A stretch of 64,000 bases of DNA from Macrostomum hystrix (lineage: Eukaryota; Animalia; Platyhelminthes), in the NCBI GenBank assembly GCA_950097015.1, contig CATNEN010000001.1, positions 7,998,001 to 8,062,000 of the forward strand, in the 5' to 3' direction. Below the pieces are notes generated by a model. It was not told the origin of the DNA, ran no database searches, and saw only the letters and a list, made by a program, of their open reading frames with translations. The translations under genes were made by a program, and so were the position numbers. This document shows positions 1 through 13,800 of the stretch, one piece after another. Every line of letters begins with the position of its first letter. Within the stretch, counting starts at the first letter, position 1.

Positions 1-1
1 C

Positions 2-219
2 AAGATTGAGGGACCGGAACTACGCGGCTACCACGCCTCATCCGGTCAATATCAGCAACCGTTGGTATCTAAGGGCTTTCTTTATCCACAAGACGATCTC
101 GTGGAGTCCAGACACGAAATAGGTTGCGACAGAATGTTCAACAACTCGGAGAACAAGGGCGATGCGAGCGATCAGGGCAATATAGGGATCTGCAGTACTC
201 TCCCCTGCACTGGGGTCGC

Positions 220-269
<50 letters not shown>

Positions 270-481
270 GAAATACCAATGAAGAAAGCCAGAACTGCAC
301 AAGTGCAAGCTGCAGCGAGAGCAGCAGTCCTTCAGAGGGTGCGAATCTTACTCAATCTGTACCTCGATGCAGTCCCACGTCGTTAATTCAAACTAGTTAC
401 CTAGAATTACAAAATAGATGGGCAAATATGGATCTATCACGATCATTTGCATCCCGATTCACCGAAATCCCAAAGCATTAA
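2..481 (+). CDS. Possible exon of an unknown Ser-rich protein, open from the window start
   Basis: Frame is open from position 2 to the stop at 481 and contains (AGC)14 poly-Ser at 221-262; no recognisable domain. Confidence 0.25.
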
Positions 482-652
482 ATTCCCAACTTACTAAAAT
501 TAATATTGGCTAGAATCCCATTTTACCCGTTTTAATCGGCCCGGATCTAGGTGACTAAAACCCCGAATATTGTACCGAAATTTTGTCTAACCTGTCTGTT
601 TTTTAAACTTATTAAAACGGGGATTTCGAGGACTTAAAGTTTCAGTTGCCAG

Positions 653-1200
653 ATCCCTAAAAGTACACGTAGAGCTGTTAGACAACTGAATCGTACAACT
701 TTTCCACAAAACATCGCAGATGCATCGTACATCCGCTGGTCTCGCATCGTCCAGAATAATTTAATGAGAAGTAGCAGCAACAGTGACAGCAACAGAGCCA
801 ATGACAACAACAGGCACCTCAACAACAGTGCACTTGACTTCTCCCAGCCGTGGCTCGGCGCCCAGATCATCAGCACAATCTCTACCGAACAATGGAGCTC
901 GGATTTCGACGAAGAATCCGGCTCGGAATCCGAAACCTTTTCCGAATTTGAAGACGAAATTGAAGACAAAGAAAGGCCAACATGTGAGACTGTCGAAATA
1001 ATAAATGAAATAGATCAGCAGCCATTGAAGCCGCTGTCACAACTCGATGTGAGTTTGTTGAAAAATTGTGAGGCTCAGACTTGCAGCGCTCAGCTGATCA
1101 GTTGGACTTGTCGTCAAAAAGCCGGTGTTGAACTGTTCGACACAATGGCTAGTGAGCCGGTGTTTTTATTTGACCATTCTGAAAAACATTGGCACCTCCT

Positions 1201-1247
<47 letters not shown>

Positions 1248-1297
1248 TGCTTTTCAGTACCCGTGAATCGGCTATTATTTTTAACAGTTTTAACTAA
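653..1297 (+). CDS. Probable terminal exon of an unknown acidic/polyQ protein
   Basis: The frame of ORF 764-1297 is open upstream to a CAG acceptor near 652; acidic tract DFDEESGSESETFSEFEDEIED and (CAG)15 at 1202-1246; AATAAA at about 1326. Confidence 0.35.
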
Positions 1298-2440
1298 ATG
1301 TCTACAAATACTTTATTTTGTGACAAATAAAAAAGAGGACGCAATCGTTACCTCTAAAAAGTTCATAAGTATTTTCTTTACATTGAGTTTGCAAATGGCA
1401 TTTTACTAAGCACATGCAGAGACGGTGTTTTAGTGCATAAGTCACCGACTCGAATTAATTTTGTTAAATACTATAACCTTATGTACATAAGTCAGTGCTT
1501 CTACAGACCATTGAGATAAGGTGCAAATGCTTTGTGTTTTAACCTTTAAAGGTATACCAGCTTTATAAAGGTATTTATGCGTGAATTATCTCCATAAAAC
1601 TTTACCTCCACTACTATGGAAACATGCAGGAACCCATATTGCAATGCAATAAATAAATACGAAACTGTGGAAAGAAAAATACGTAACTTTTAACAAGTCA
1701 CCTAAAAATGATTACGTAAATTCGTATGCTATGTAAAAATATACATTTACAATCGATTTTGTTTTTTATTTTGTATTTTATTTACGTTGGCACTGATCAA
1801 CTATATTGATACTATATTGATACATATTGATACTATATATCAATACAGTATACTAGAAAGTAAAAGACGTCAGATTTTACATTTTATTATTAAGTATGCT
1901 GCATGAGAAATAAAAGTTACATTTTGTTTCAAATCTAAATTATAAAGCATAAATTGAAACAGACATTTTTGATACTTTTTAAAAAACCCGGAAAATTAGT
2001 TTTAAAAGAAATTTTAAAGTCACCCTCTAAACCACACTTTGAATACGATTTCTCGGATATTTAACAACAAAATGCTATTGAGAAGTGCATAAATAACTTT
2101 AAAATTTGTAATCGACGCAACACTAATATAAATGTACATTGTCACCCGATAACAAGGCGCTCTGTTGCTGAAGCTGCTATATATCATATGTGTGATGAAG
2201 CAAAAGTTCAAAAATGTGACTGAGGATTTTTAAACACAGAAATCTTTCACATAACAGTCACCATGTGGGATATGTAAAATTTTAAGTTTAAAAAGTATTT
2301 TAAATTAAAAAAATCATGTAAGTATTAGTGATGCTGATGTCATATACTGCAAAAGCGCGTAGAACAACACCTTTATTAATATTGCAGAATAACATTCGCA
2401 AATTGGTTTGTACATCTGCGTTATTAATATTATTAATATT

Positions 2441-2708
2441 CGATAACACCTGCCAGATGTGCAGCCGATAGCACAGCCGCAGCTATTGCGCGGTGCGTCT
2501 GAAGGACAACTGCGTACGGCTGTTCAGTCCATGGACTGGGTTACGCCACCCTCAAATCTAGTACCCATTTAATAGTTGCGTGAACTGAAGCAATGCAGAG
2601 TTAAGTGTCTCGCTAAAGGACACAAATTGTTCCTGTGGATTCGGGAATCGAACCCCCGAACTAGAAGTCGTGAGTACGACACTCGATAACCACTAGGCTA
2701 TAACCGCC
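2441..2708 (-). mobile_element. tRNA-derived SINE, family 1 (CORE-like central domain)
   Basis: Minus strand reads A-box TAGCCTAGTGG, B-box GGTTCGATTCC, then GTGTCCTTTAGCGAGACACTTAAC...AAATGGGTAC and an AT-rich tail; homologous to 53325-53610. Confidence 0.8.
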
Positions 2709-3022
2709 AACTTAGTTTATTTAATTGGTTCAATTTGTGTGTTTGAGCATCTAGATTCAGTTTATTGCGGTGAATCGTCAAGCGGTTGTGTCACTCTCAC
2801 TGAATTGTGGGGTCAGTCTACAAGTCTCCTACTCCTACAAGTCTCCAGGCCCTCTCTGCGTGGTTGGGTCCCAAATTTAATGTCATACATGCTCAGGTGA
2901 GACACTGCATGACAATATATTGTTTGCACAATAAGTAACATTCAGCTAGCGAAAAGTTTTTCATCTGTTGACTTCGAGCGAACAGTCTGAGAAAGTACCA
3001 GAAAAAAAACAAGCTCCCTTAC

Positions 3023-3234
3023 CTATCAAAGTCATCTTTCTGTCTCTTGGCCTGTATTTTAAAGTACAAACAGTAGACCAGGCAAACACTGACGGACAGA
3101 AGGCAGCCAACAAAAATGACAAGCAGAATTATGACGGCAACCTCGTTGAAGTAGTTGCAGCCCCAGTTAGTGATTGTTCCATTGGTGTAACAATCGGCTA
3201 TTCGAATCCGATCGTTAGGATTGGTCAGACCCAT
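3023..3234 (-). CDS. Putative exon of a small single-pass membrane protein
   Basis: MGLTNPND...VAVIILLVIFVGCLLSVSVCLVYCLYF followed by basic KIQAKRQK; ends at an AG|GTAAG donor. Confidence 0.4.
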
Positions 3235-3781
3235 GCGCGAGCTGTCAATTAACAATTTGTAGCCGAATAAGCTCAGCTATAACTGCTCTTTTCTTTAGCG
3301 AGTGTTTTTTGCTCAGAAAGTAAATTTATATCCAATCTCCGACCCCACCCGGATTGGGGATTGAAATCAGGGTAACAGATTTTGTACTTAAAAATCTATT
3401 TTCTCTCTCACACTCTTGCCCCTTCGAGGCATAATCTTGAGCTTGTGCTCAGACCAGTCCAGAATTTTCGTTTCGCTCTGATTGATTATTGTGCAGGGCG
3501 TCAATTGTGCGGAGAGTGGCTGCATACTCAACATGATCAATCTGTATTAGTGCAACTGTACAGCTCATGCTCACACACAAACACACACTCCACTCTCTTG
3601 TGTGGGTGGCATATGGACTATTCAACATGCCCCAGCTGGATAAACAAAAATGAACTTGTCTACAAATATTGTGCGTGACTTCACACAATGCACCCTGTTT
3701 TCGGAACATTCTACTTTCTAGGCTAACCTATTTAGAGACTGCTGAATTTTACAACTTTTTCGAAAGTCAGACACAAATCTA

Positions 3782-3960
3782 ATAGATGAGAAACTACTCT
3801 AACAGGTGAGACACTATTCTCATAGATGAGAAACTACTCTAACAGGTGAGACACTATTCTCATAGATGAGAAACTACTCTAACAGATGAGACACTATTCT
3901 CATAGATGAGAAACTACTCTAACAGGTGAGACACTATTCTCATAGATGAGAAACCATTCT
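3782..3960. repeat. 40-bp (2x20) minisatellite
   Basis: ATAGATGAGAAACTACTCTAACAGGTGAGACACTATTCTC, about 4.5 copies. Confidence 0.9.
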
Positions 3961-4814
3961 ATCATATTCTAATCAAGAGGCAAGACAATAGTCTAACCGG
4001 TAAGGCAATTCTAACAGGTGAGACAATAGTCTAATCGGTAAGACAATTTTAACAGGTGAGAAGTGCCGAAAATTGAAAAGGTAAATGGAGCAATACTTTG
4101 ACAAATTATCACTTAGAATGTTACAATAGTCTCAATTTGCTGTCTATTTGAATCAAATTTGTCAGGTTAATTGGTTAGCTGATGAAAGCTAACATACTTA
4201 TTCGATAGAAGTCTAGCCACTAGCATTTTAACAGCTTCAAAAGCTATTCAACAAAACTTTAATTTGAAGCGCGGCCATTAGAACTAAGCAATTTTTCGCG
4301 CAGTTTCACTGTTAGAGCAGCATGATGCACACTTTTTTTCAGAAATATTATGCAACTGAAACAGACCAAATAGTGTTTGAAGTACAATTCGAAGCAGAAT
4401 AAAACTCATCTATGCAAAAGATTGAAGCTACTACATTTTACCAAGGTCATGATAAAGCAATTATTGCAGACTTTTATCGATAATTTTCGATCAAAATACT
4501 TTATAATGCTATACTAAAATAGATAAAAATCAAGGAATATTTATATTGAAAGTGTACTCGAGAGTATTGAAACAGCTTTAAATCAAATACATAAGTTGAT
4601 CCTATTGGGTGGCAGATGTACATTTAACAACTCAATAGTCTATGTGTGCTCTACAGTAACCACAGCCGCTGCGACCAATAAGGATTTACTGCACGCGATT
4701 CTACTAAGAGTAGTGTGGATAACAGAAAATTTATTATTAAAGTCCAACTTCATAAATGAATCTTGAATAAGACTTGGCGGTTTTTAATCGTGCTAAGACA
4801 GCTTAGATCTTCAA

Positions 4815-4838
4815 CTAGAGATCCGATGTCTGCCTCTG

Positions 4839-4869
<31 letters not shown>

Positions 4870-7800
4870 AGTATCAACTGGCGCAGTTTTTCGGCTTTGC
4901 CAGTGAACGAACTCGGTCTTTCAGCCGCTCTGTCAGCCGCAGCAACTGCCGCCAGCGGGCCCTGAGCCTCAGCTCGACGGAGCTGCACGGGCGACGCTGT
5001 CCTAAGGTCTGAGGAATTTTCGTTTGACGTAGCGATTCGACCGTTTCTGCTGACAGAAGTAGCGGGGGTCGACGTAGTCGTAGCAGCGTTGACAGCGGAA
5101 GTTGTGCCAGACACAGACGATGCCGGCACAATGACCATCCTGGAGCCGGCGCTCTTTCTGTTCAGCTGCTGCTGAATCTTCCGACTGGGGTCCAGCTGAC
5201 CCGAATCGATCTTCTGTCGCCGCAGCTCGACCAGGCGCCGCAGCTCCTGATCGTGATCCGGAGTCGCTGCAGCCGGCCTGGCCTGGATTGAGTGTTGCCG
5301 AATGACAGTTAAGGAGGCGGCCGTTGACGGAGTTCCGATCGATGGCTTTGGAGGCGGCGGCGGAGGAGGCGGCGCTGTTGGTGGCGGCGGTGGCACTTTA
5401 GTCGGCAGCGGTGCGATGGTAGATATTTTACGATCTACTGGACTCTGCAGTCCATTGCTCGGTTCGGACTTGTCCGACTGACCTTCATCTGGAACCTTTT
5501 CTCCGCTCTTGTCACTTGCCGCTTGCAAGTTTGCATCAGCGGCATCACCAAAGCCATCTGGAGCTGGAAGGACTTCGACTGGTTCATCTAAGGCATCAGG
5601 CGAACTGCTGGCTGCCGCACTGACTGCATTAGCCTGCACAGCAACTGCAGGAATTTCAGCTTCTACAAGCTCTTTTTTTGTTTCAACGGATTTCGTGGCA
5701 ACAACAGCCACTGCAGCTGATACTGTGGCCGTCGCAATGGGTGCCGGTGCAGAAGAAACTTTTGGAGTCTCTGGCTCCTTAATCGTGTTACTGCTGCTAG
5801 ATTCTTTTTCGTCGACAGCAACTGCCTGCTGATGCCGCTGCTGTTGCTGTTGCAGCTGCTGTTGCTGTTGCAGCTGCTGTTGCTGCTGTTGCAGCTGCTG
5901 TTGCTGTTGCAGCTGCTGTTGCTGTTGCTGTTGTTGCTGCTGCAGCAGCTGCTGTTGCTCTTGTAGTTGTTGTTGTTGCTGATGCTGCTGCTGTTGCTGT
6001 TCTTGCTTTTTCAGATCCTGTTGAATAGCCGCTGTCGACGTGTTTTCGGGAATTTCTTCAAAGCCGTTGAGAGCCCGATCGAGCAAATCTGGTTAGTAGA
6101 ATAGAATGTTAATTATTAACGACGTGAGGATGTAGACGCTACTTATGTCTTATGTGTTAGGATTCAGATCGGTGACTTACCGATAGCTTTAAATGACTCG
6201 GTGTCACTCTGAATAGAAAGCACCGACTGACTGTGATTCTGCCGCACCTGCGGCGGCGGTGTGAGCAGCTTCATGGCCAGCGTGTCGCCAGTGATGAGTC
6301 GCAGACACTCCGAATGGGAGAACTCCCGCACGTCAACGCCGTTGATCTCCAGCACCAGGTCGCCCTCTCGCATCCCAGCTAGATGAGCCGGCTTACCTGG
6401 GTCGATAGAGCCGAGAATCTGGCGCGATGCTATTGCCATCTGGTCCAAGCCGATCATAATTGGAGCTCGACTGCCTTTCAGTACAAAGCCAAATCCGCCC
6501 GTGATACTCTTTTGAATTACAACCGTGCGAGCTAGCTGCTCTGGTGGCAACCAATTGGAGCGACTGCGAGTTGCAAAAAGTGTCTGGGATATACTCGCAG
6601 CTATAAGCTAACAATTTTTTCTTCTAAAAGTACGCTCTTACAATTTTTTGGTTAAATAGCTTTTTGATGGGGGTTCGGTAGCTAGTCTAGTATACTAAAA
6701 CGATTAAAAGTGCTTTGTCTAATTTCTAAATAATGATTCGGCTCGATTATTTCGTAAAGTCTACAGTCTTTAGGAATTAATAAATGGCCTTCATTACAAG
6801 CAGCACAAGGGATTTACACAGATGGAGATTAAATCGTTCACGACATTCACTCACCTACTCAAACTACTCCTGGTAGAGTCGGTGCCCGCTGCAAGGTGTG
6901 AGTGAAGCTTTAATTAAAAAATTATATTTTAAGTGCGAGCTACATTTTCCAATCGATTGAAACGATTTTTATGGAAATAATATACGTATATATACTACTA
7001 TACGGCTTAAGAAATATTAAATTGATAGTTAACGAATATTAAATGCGAACGTATGCACTCCAATACGGGACACAGGGATTCCATGCTTCTAGCTGAGACA
7101 TTGCAAGCCTACAAGAGCCCGTGCGTGCCATCTTCGGGGATTTAGAAGATTAGTTTTGTTTCAATCTGACAGATTCCGTGTCGAACTGAAATTCTCCTAG
7201 CCTTGGGATACCGTGCTGTATCTAAACTCGTCTGTCAACACAGCTTGTGTCTGTTCTTGGTAAATCTTCCTCAATTTTGAAAGTGGGAACACGGTTTTCT
7301 CATTCCGCGCTTCTTCAAAAATTCAGCCAACGCTTGTGGTGTTCGCTTAGTAAGATAATTCTAGCTCATAGTATGACCTAAAAGCTAATGTAGCCTAGAG
7401 GTTGTAGCCTAGTGGTTAGGGCGTAAGCAAATAATAATTATTATTATATAATTATAATATAATTATAAGCCTCCCAATAACACCAACTGAACAGCCAAGG
7501 CACGGCAAAAGCAAGTGTGTCTCTCACCTGTGACTGCAGCTGAAAAGCTGGAGCTTGCTGACGAAGACACGGACAGGCGACCAGTTGAAAAGTCTCTCTC
7601 GAAAACAGTACTTTGTGATCTAGCAGCTTGTTGATGCTGTCCAGATCCGACACTAGCCAGCGAGCCCCAACCACGTCTGCCGTGGCTCAACGACTGACCG
7701 CCGTGAAAGCCGATTGTGCCGCTATTGGCTCGTCTTCGGCGGGTGTTCAGCCTCGGCTGGGCGTTGATTGGCGTCACCTCCGATTGGCTGAAGTCGCGAA

Positions 7801-10800
7801 TCAGTTCGGCGAGACCCGGATTGCCGGCTAGCAGAGCGGAGTCTTCTGGCTGATGTCCCTGGTAGTTTTTTGCCAGCCTGTCAGCACCACGGCGCAGAAG
7901 AATTCTGGCACATTCCAGCTGCGAGAGCAGAATAGAATAGAGTATATTAGAATATAATAGAATAGAATAGAGTAGAATAGAATATAATATAATAGAATAG
8001 AATAGAATATAATATAATAGAAAAGAATAGAATAGAGTAGAATAGAATATAATAGAGTAGAATAGAATAGAGTATATTAGAATATAATAGAATAGAATAG
8101 AGTAGAATAGAGTAGAATATAATAGAGTAGAATAGAATATAATAGAATAGAATAGAATAGAATAGAGTAGAATAGAATATAATAGAGTATAATAGAATAG
8201 AGTAGATTAGAATAGAGTATATTAGAATACAATAGAATAGAATAGAGTAGAATAGAGTAGAATATAATAGAGTAGAATAGAATATAATAGAATAGAATAG
8301 AATAGAATAGAGTAGAATAGAGTAGAATATAATAGAGTAGAATATAATAGAATAGAATAGAATAGAATAGAATAGAATAGAGTAGAATATAATATAATAG
8401 AGTAGAATAGAATAGACTACATTAGAATATAATAGAATAGAGTAGAATAGAGTAGAATATAATAGAATAGAGTAGAATAGAATATAATAGAGTAGAATAG
8501 AATAGAGTAGATTAGAATATAATAGAATAGAATAGAATATAATAGAGTAGAATAGAATAGAATATAATAGAATAGAATAGAATATAATAAAATAGAGTAG
8601 AATATAATAGAGTAGAATAGAATATAATAGAGTAGAATAGAGTATATTAGAATATAATAGAATATAATAGAGTTAGAGTAGAATAGAGTAGAATATAATA
8701 GAGTAGAATAGAATATAATAGAATAGAATAGAATAGAATAGAGTAGAATAGAATATAATAGAGTATAATAGAATAGAGTAGATTAGAATAGAGTATATTA
8801 GAATACAATAGAATAGAATAGAGTAGAATAGAGTAGAATATAATAGAGTAGAATAGAATAGAATAGAATAGAATACAATAGAGTAGAATAGAATATAATA
8901 GAGTAGAATAGAATAGAGTGGATTAGAATATAATAGAGTAGAATAGAATATAATAGAGTAGAATAGAATAGAATATAATAGAATAGAATAGAATATAATA
9001 AAATAGAGTAGAATATAATAGAGTAGAATAGAATATAATAGAGTAGAATAGAGTATATTAGAATATAATAGAATATAATAGAGTTAGAGTAGAATAGAGT
9101 AGAATATAATAGAGTAGAATAGAATATAATAGAATAGAATAGAATAGAATAGAGTAGAATAGAATACAATAGAGTAGAATAGAATAGAGTAGATTAGAAT
9201 AGAGTATATTAGAATACAATAGAATAGAATAGAGTAGAATAGAGTAGAATATAATAGAGTAGAATAGAATAGAATAGAATAGAATAGAATAGAGTAGAAT
9301 AGAATATAATAGAGTAGAATAGAATAGAGTATATTAGAATATAATAGAATAGAATAGAGTAGAATAGAGTAGAATATAATAGAGTAGAATATAATATAAT
9401 AGAATAGAGTAGAATAGAATATAATAGAGTAGAATAGAGTATATTAGAATATAATAGAATAGAATAGAGTAGAATAGAGTAGAATATAATAGAGTAGAAT
9501 ATAATAGAATAGAATAGAATAGAATAGAGTAGAATAGAATATAATAGAGTAGAATAGAATAGAGTAGATTAGAATAGAGTATATTAGAATACAATAGAAT
9601 AGAATAGAGTAGAATATTATAGAGTAGAATAGAATAGAATAGAGTAGAATAGAATATAATATAGTAGAATAGAATAGAGTATATTAGAATATAATATAAT
9701 AGAATAGAGTAGAATAGAGTAGAATATAATAGAGTAGAATATAATATAATCGAATAGAGTAGAATAGAATATAATAGAGTAGAATAGAATAGAGTAGATT
9801 AGAATATAATAGAATAGAGTAGAATAGAATATAATAGAGTAGAATAGAATAGAGTAGATTAGAATATAATAGATTAGAATAGAATATAGGAGATTAGAAT
9901 ATAATAGAATAGAATAGAATATAGTAGAGTAGAATAGAATATAATAGAGTAGAATAGAATAGAATATAATAAAATAAAATAGAATAGAGTAGAATAGAGT
10001 AGAATATAATAGAGTAGAATAGAATATAATAGAGTAGAATAGAATAGAGTAGATTAGAATATAATAGAGTAGAATAGAATATAATAGAGTAGAATAGAAT
10101 AGAATATAATAGAATAGAATAGAATAGAATAGAATAGAATAGAATAGAATATAATAGAGTAGAATATAATAGAGTAGAATAGAATATAATAGAGTAGATA
10201 GACTATAATAGAGTAGAATAGAATATAATAGAGTAGAATAGAATAGAATATTATAGAATAGAATAGAATAGAATAGAATAGAATATAATAGAGTAGAATA
10301 TAATAGAGTAGAATAGAATATAATAGAGTAGAATAGACTATAATAGAATAGAATAGAATATAATGGAGTAGAATAAGAATATGATAGAATAGAATAGAAT
10401 AGAATAGAGTAGATTAGAATATAATATAATAGAATAGAATACAATAGAGTAGAATAGAATCGATTATAATGGAATAGGGTAGTTCGTAGCGTTAAAATGT
10501 TTCCAATAAACACGAAACTAGCCTAATTCCAAGCATTCACCTTGTTGGCTAAAGCTGATACATGCAATGGTGTGTTGCCATGCGTTGTCGTACTATTAAT
10601 ATCGGCTCCATAGGTTAGCAGCAGTTCCAAGTGGTGCTCACGACCTAGTCGGCAGGCCTGAAATTCGAAAATTAAAATTTAGTTAATGAGTGAGCTCACT
10701 TCTGAGTTCATGAGTGAGATCATGAGTGAGATCATTGATTGAGATCAATAGTGAAATCATGAGTGAGATTTTGAGTGAGTTCATGAGTGAGTTCATGAGT

Positions 10801-13800
10801 GAGATCATGAGTGAGATCTTGAGTGAGATCATGAGTGAGATCATGAGTGAGATCATGAGTGAGTTCATGAGTGAGTTCATGAGTGAGATCTTGAGTAAGT
10901 TCATGAGTGAGATCATGAGTGAGATCATGAGTGACATCTTGATTGAGATCATTAGTAAGATCATGAGTGAGATCATTAGTAAGATCATGAGTGAGATCAT
11001 GAGTGAGATCATGAGTGAGATCATGAGTAATGTAACTTTGAGTGTATGAGCTTATGAGTCAGGCCATGAGTTGCTGAGTGAGTTCATAGCACATGCCTGG
11101 TGAATTTCGCACAGTCCATTGTCATCTCTGAAGCCCAAGCTAGCGCCATCGTACAGCAGCATCTCGGCTACGACGGTGGACCCGCTGCTGAGAATGCTGT
11201 GATACAGTGGAGTGAGTCCTTTGGCGTCTAGACAATCTGGTGACTGGCCCAGGTCAAGAAGTGTCTGGAAGTCAAAGTAGAAAAATTATTGTAATATCAA
11301 GGCTTTTTAACAGGCATAATTTTAAATGCTTCGCACCTGAACAGACTCGCTGTTGCCAATGCTAGCTGCCAGATGCATCGCGGTGAGGCCTTTCGAGTCG
11401 CGATAGTCTAAGAACGCTCCGCCCGAGATCAAAGTCAGAATCATCTCTCTGGACCGCTTCTGCTCCGCTGCCAGCATTAGGGCTGTGGCTGCGGGGCAAT
11501 ATGGGCTTAAGATTGTTGCTAGGGGGTTGAGGATTGTTGCTAGGGAGTTGAGGATTGTTGCTAGGGAGTTGAGGATTGTTGCTAAGGAGTTGAGGATTGT
11601 TGCTAGGGGGTTGAGGATTGTTGCTAGGGAGTTGAGGATTCTTGCTAAGGAGTTAAGGATTGTTGCTTAGAGATAAAGAATTGAGTCCCAGGGGGTAGAG
11701 GATTTACTAGTGGGGTAGCGGATTAGCACAGGCGTAGCAAATTAGCTACTGGGGAGGAGGAATTACTACTGGAGGTAGATGATTAGCTACTGGAGGTAGA
11801 GGATTAGTTTATGGAGGTAGAGGATTAGCTACTGGAGGTAGAGGATTAGCTTATGGAGGTAGAGGATTAACGACTGTAGGTAGAGGATTAGCTACTGGAG
11901 GTAGAGTAATTACTACTGGAGGAAGAGGATTAGCTTATGGAGGTAGAGGATTAACTACTGGAGGTAGAGGATTAGCTACTGGAGGTAGAGGATTAGCTTA
12001 TGGAGGTAGAGGATTAGCTTATGGAGGTAGAGAATTAGCTTATGGAGGTAGAGGATTAGCTACTGGGGTAGAGGATTAGCTACTGGGGTAGAGGATTAGC
12101 TACTGGGGTAGAGGATTAGCTTATGGAGGTAGAGGATTAACTACTGGAGGTAGAGTATTAGCTACTGGAGGTAGAGGATTAGCTTATGGAGGTAGAGGAT
12201 TAACGACTGTAGGTAGAGGATTAGCTACTGGAGGTAGAGGATTAACTACTGGAGGTAGAGTAATTACTACTGGAGGAAGAGGATTAGCTTATGGAGGTAG
12301 AGGATTAACTACTGGAGGTAGAGGATTAGCTTATGGAGGTAGAGGATTAGCTACTGGGGTAGAGGATTAGCTACTGGGGTAGAGGATTAGCTACTGGGGT
12401 AGAGGATTAGCTTATGGAGGTAGAGGATTAACTACTGGAGGTAGAGTATTAGCTACTGGAGGTAGAGGATTAGCTACTGGAGGTAGAGGATTAGCTACTG
12501 GGGTAGAGGATTAGCTACTGGGGTAGAGGATTAGCTACTGGGGTAGAGGATTAGCTACTGGGGTAGAGGATTAGCTACTGGAGGTAGAGTATTAGCTACT
12601 GGAGGTAGAGGATTAGCCTATGGAGGTAGAGGATCAGCTACTGGAGGTAGAGTATTAGCTTATGGAGGTAGAGTATTAGCTACTGTAGGTAGAGGATTAG
12701 CTTATGGAGGTAGAGTATTAACTACTGGAGGTAGAGGATTAGCTTATGGAGGTAGAGGATTAACTACTGGAGGTAGAGTATTAGCTACTGGAGGTAGAGG
12801 ATTAACTACTGGAGGTAGAGGATTAGCTTATGGAGGTAGAGTATTAACTACTGGAGGTAGAGGATTAGCTACTGGGGTAGAGGATTAGCTACTTGGCAAC
12901 CTTAAGATATAGTTAATACTCGTAAGTTCTATTTCGCAAAGTAGTTTTTTGCAGTTTTGCGGTTTCGACGTAGTTGCTATGGATTTTTTATAGCCAATCT
13001 ACAATTAATAGGCCAGTGAGGTTAAACAACTCTCAACTGAATTTATTTAGGTCGCAGGTATTGTAAATCTCTGTAAGCAGTTTTCATTGCAAAATATCGC
13101 TACAACTTCTCAAAAGAGTCTGTACTTGAGTGTGAAACAGAGGACAGGCTGGTTTGAATTTCAATTACATATGCAAATTTTCCGAGACTGCAGGCATGGA
13201 ACTGACCTAATTGCTGGCATGAGAAACATTTCTTTTCTTATCGGATGAAAGGGAATTTAATTTAGAAATTTTGTGTTTGAGGAAAGCAAACTTGAATTTG
13301 AGCTAAATACAGATTCACAATTCCGATTTTAAAGGGTGAGATTCAGATTTAAATGGGTGAGATTCAGATTTAGATAGGTGAAATTCAGATTTAGAAGAGT
13401 GAGATTCAGATTTAGAAAGGTGAGATTCAGATTTAGATAGGTGAGATTCATATTTAGATAGGTGAGATTCAGATTTAGATAGGTGAGATTCATATTTAGA
13501 TAGATGAGATTCAGATTTAGATAGGTGAGATTCAGATTTAGATAGGTGAGATTCAGATTTAGATAGGTGAGATTCATATTTAGATAGATGAGATTCAGAT
13601 TTAGATAGGTGAGATTCAGATTTAGATAGGTGAGATTCAGATTTAGATAGGTGAGATTCAGATTTAGATAGGTGAGATTCAGATTTAGAAGAGTGAGATT
13701 CAGATTTAGATAGTTGAGATTCAGATTTAGATAGGTGAGATTCATATTTAGATAGGTGAGATTCAGATTTAGAAGAGTGAGATTCAGATTTAGATAGGTG

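Noticed and set aside
2625-2708. tRNA genes at the A/B-box sites (also 27717, 42870, 53325)
   Set aside because: No clean cloverleaf, and each continues into a shared SINE body and AT-rich tail
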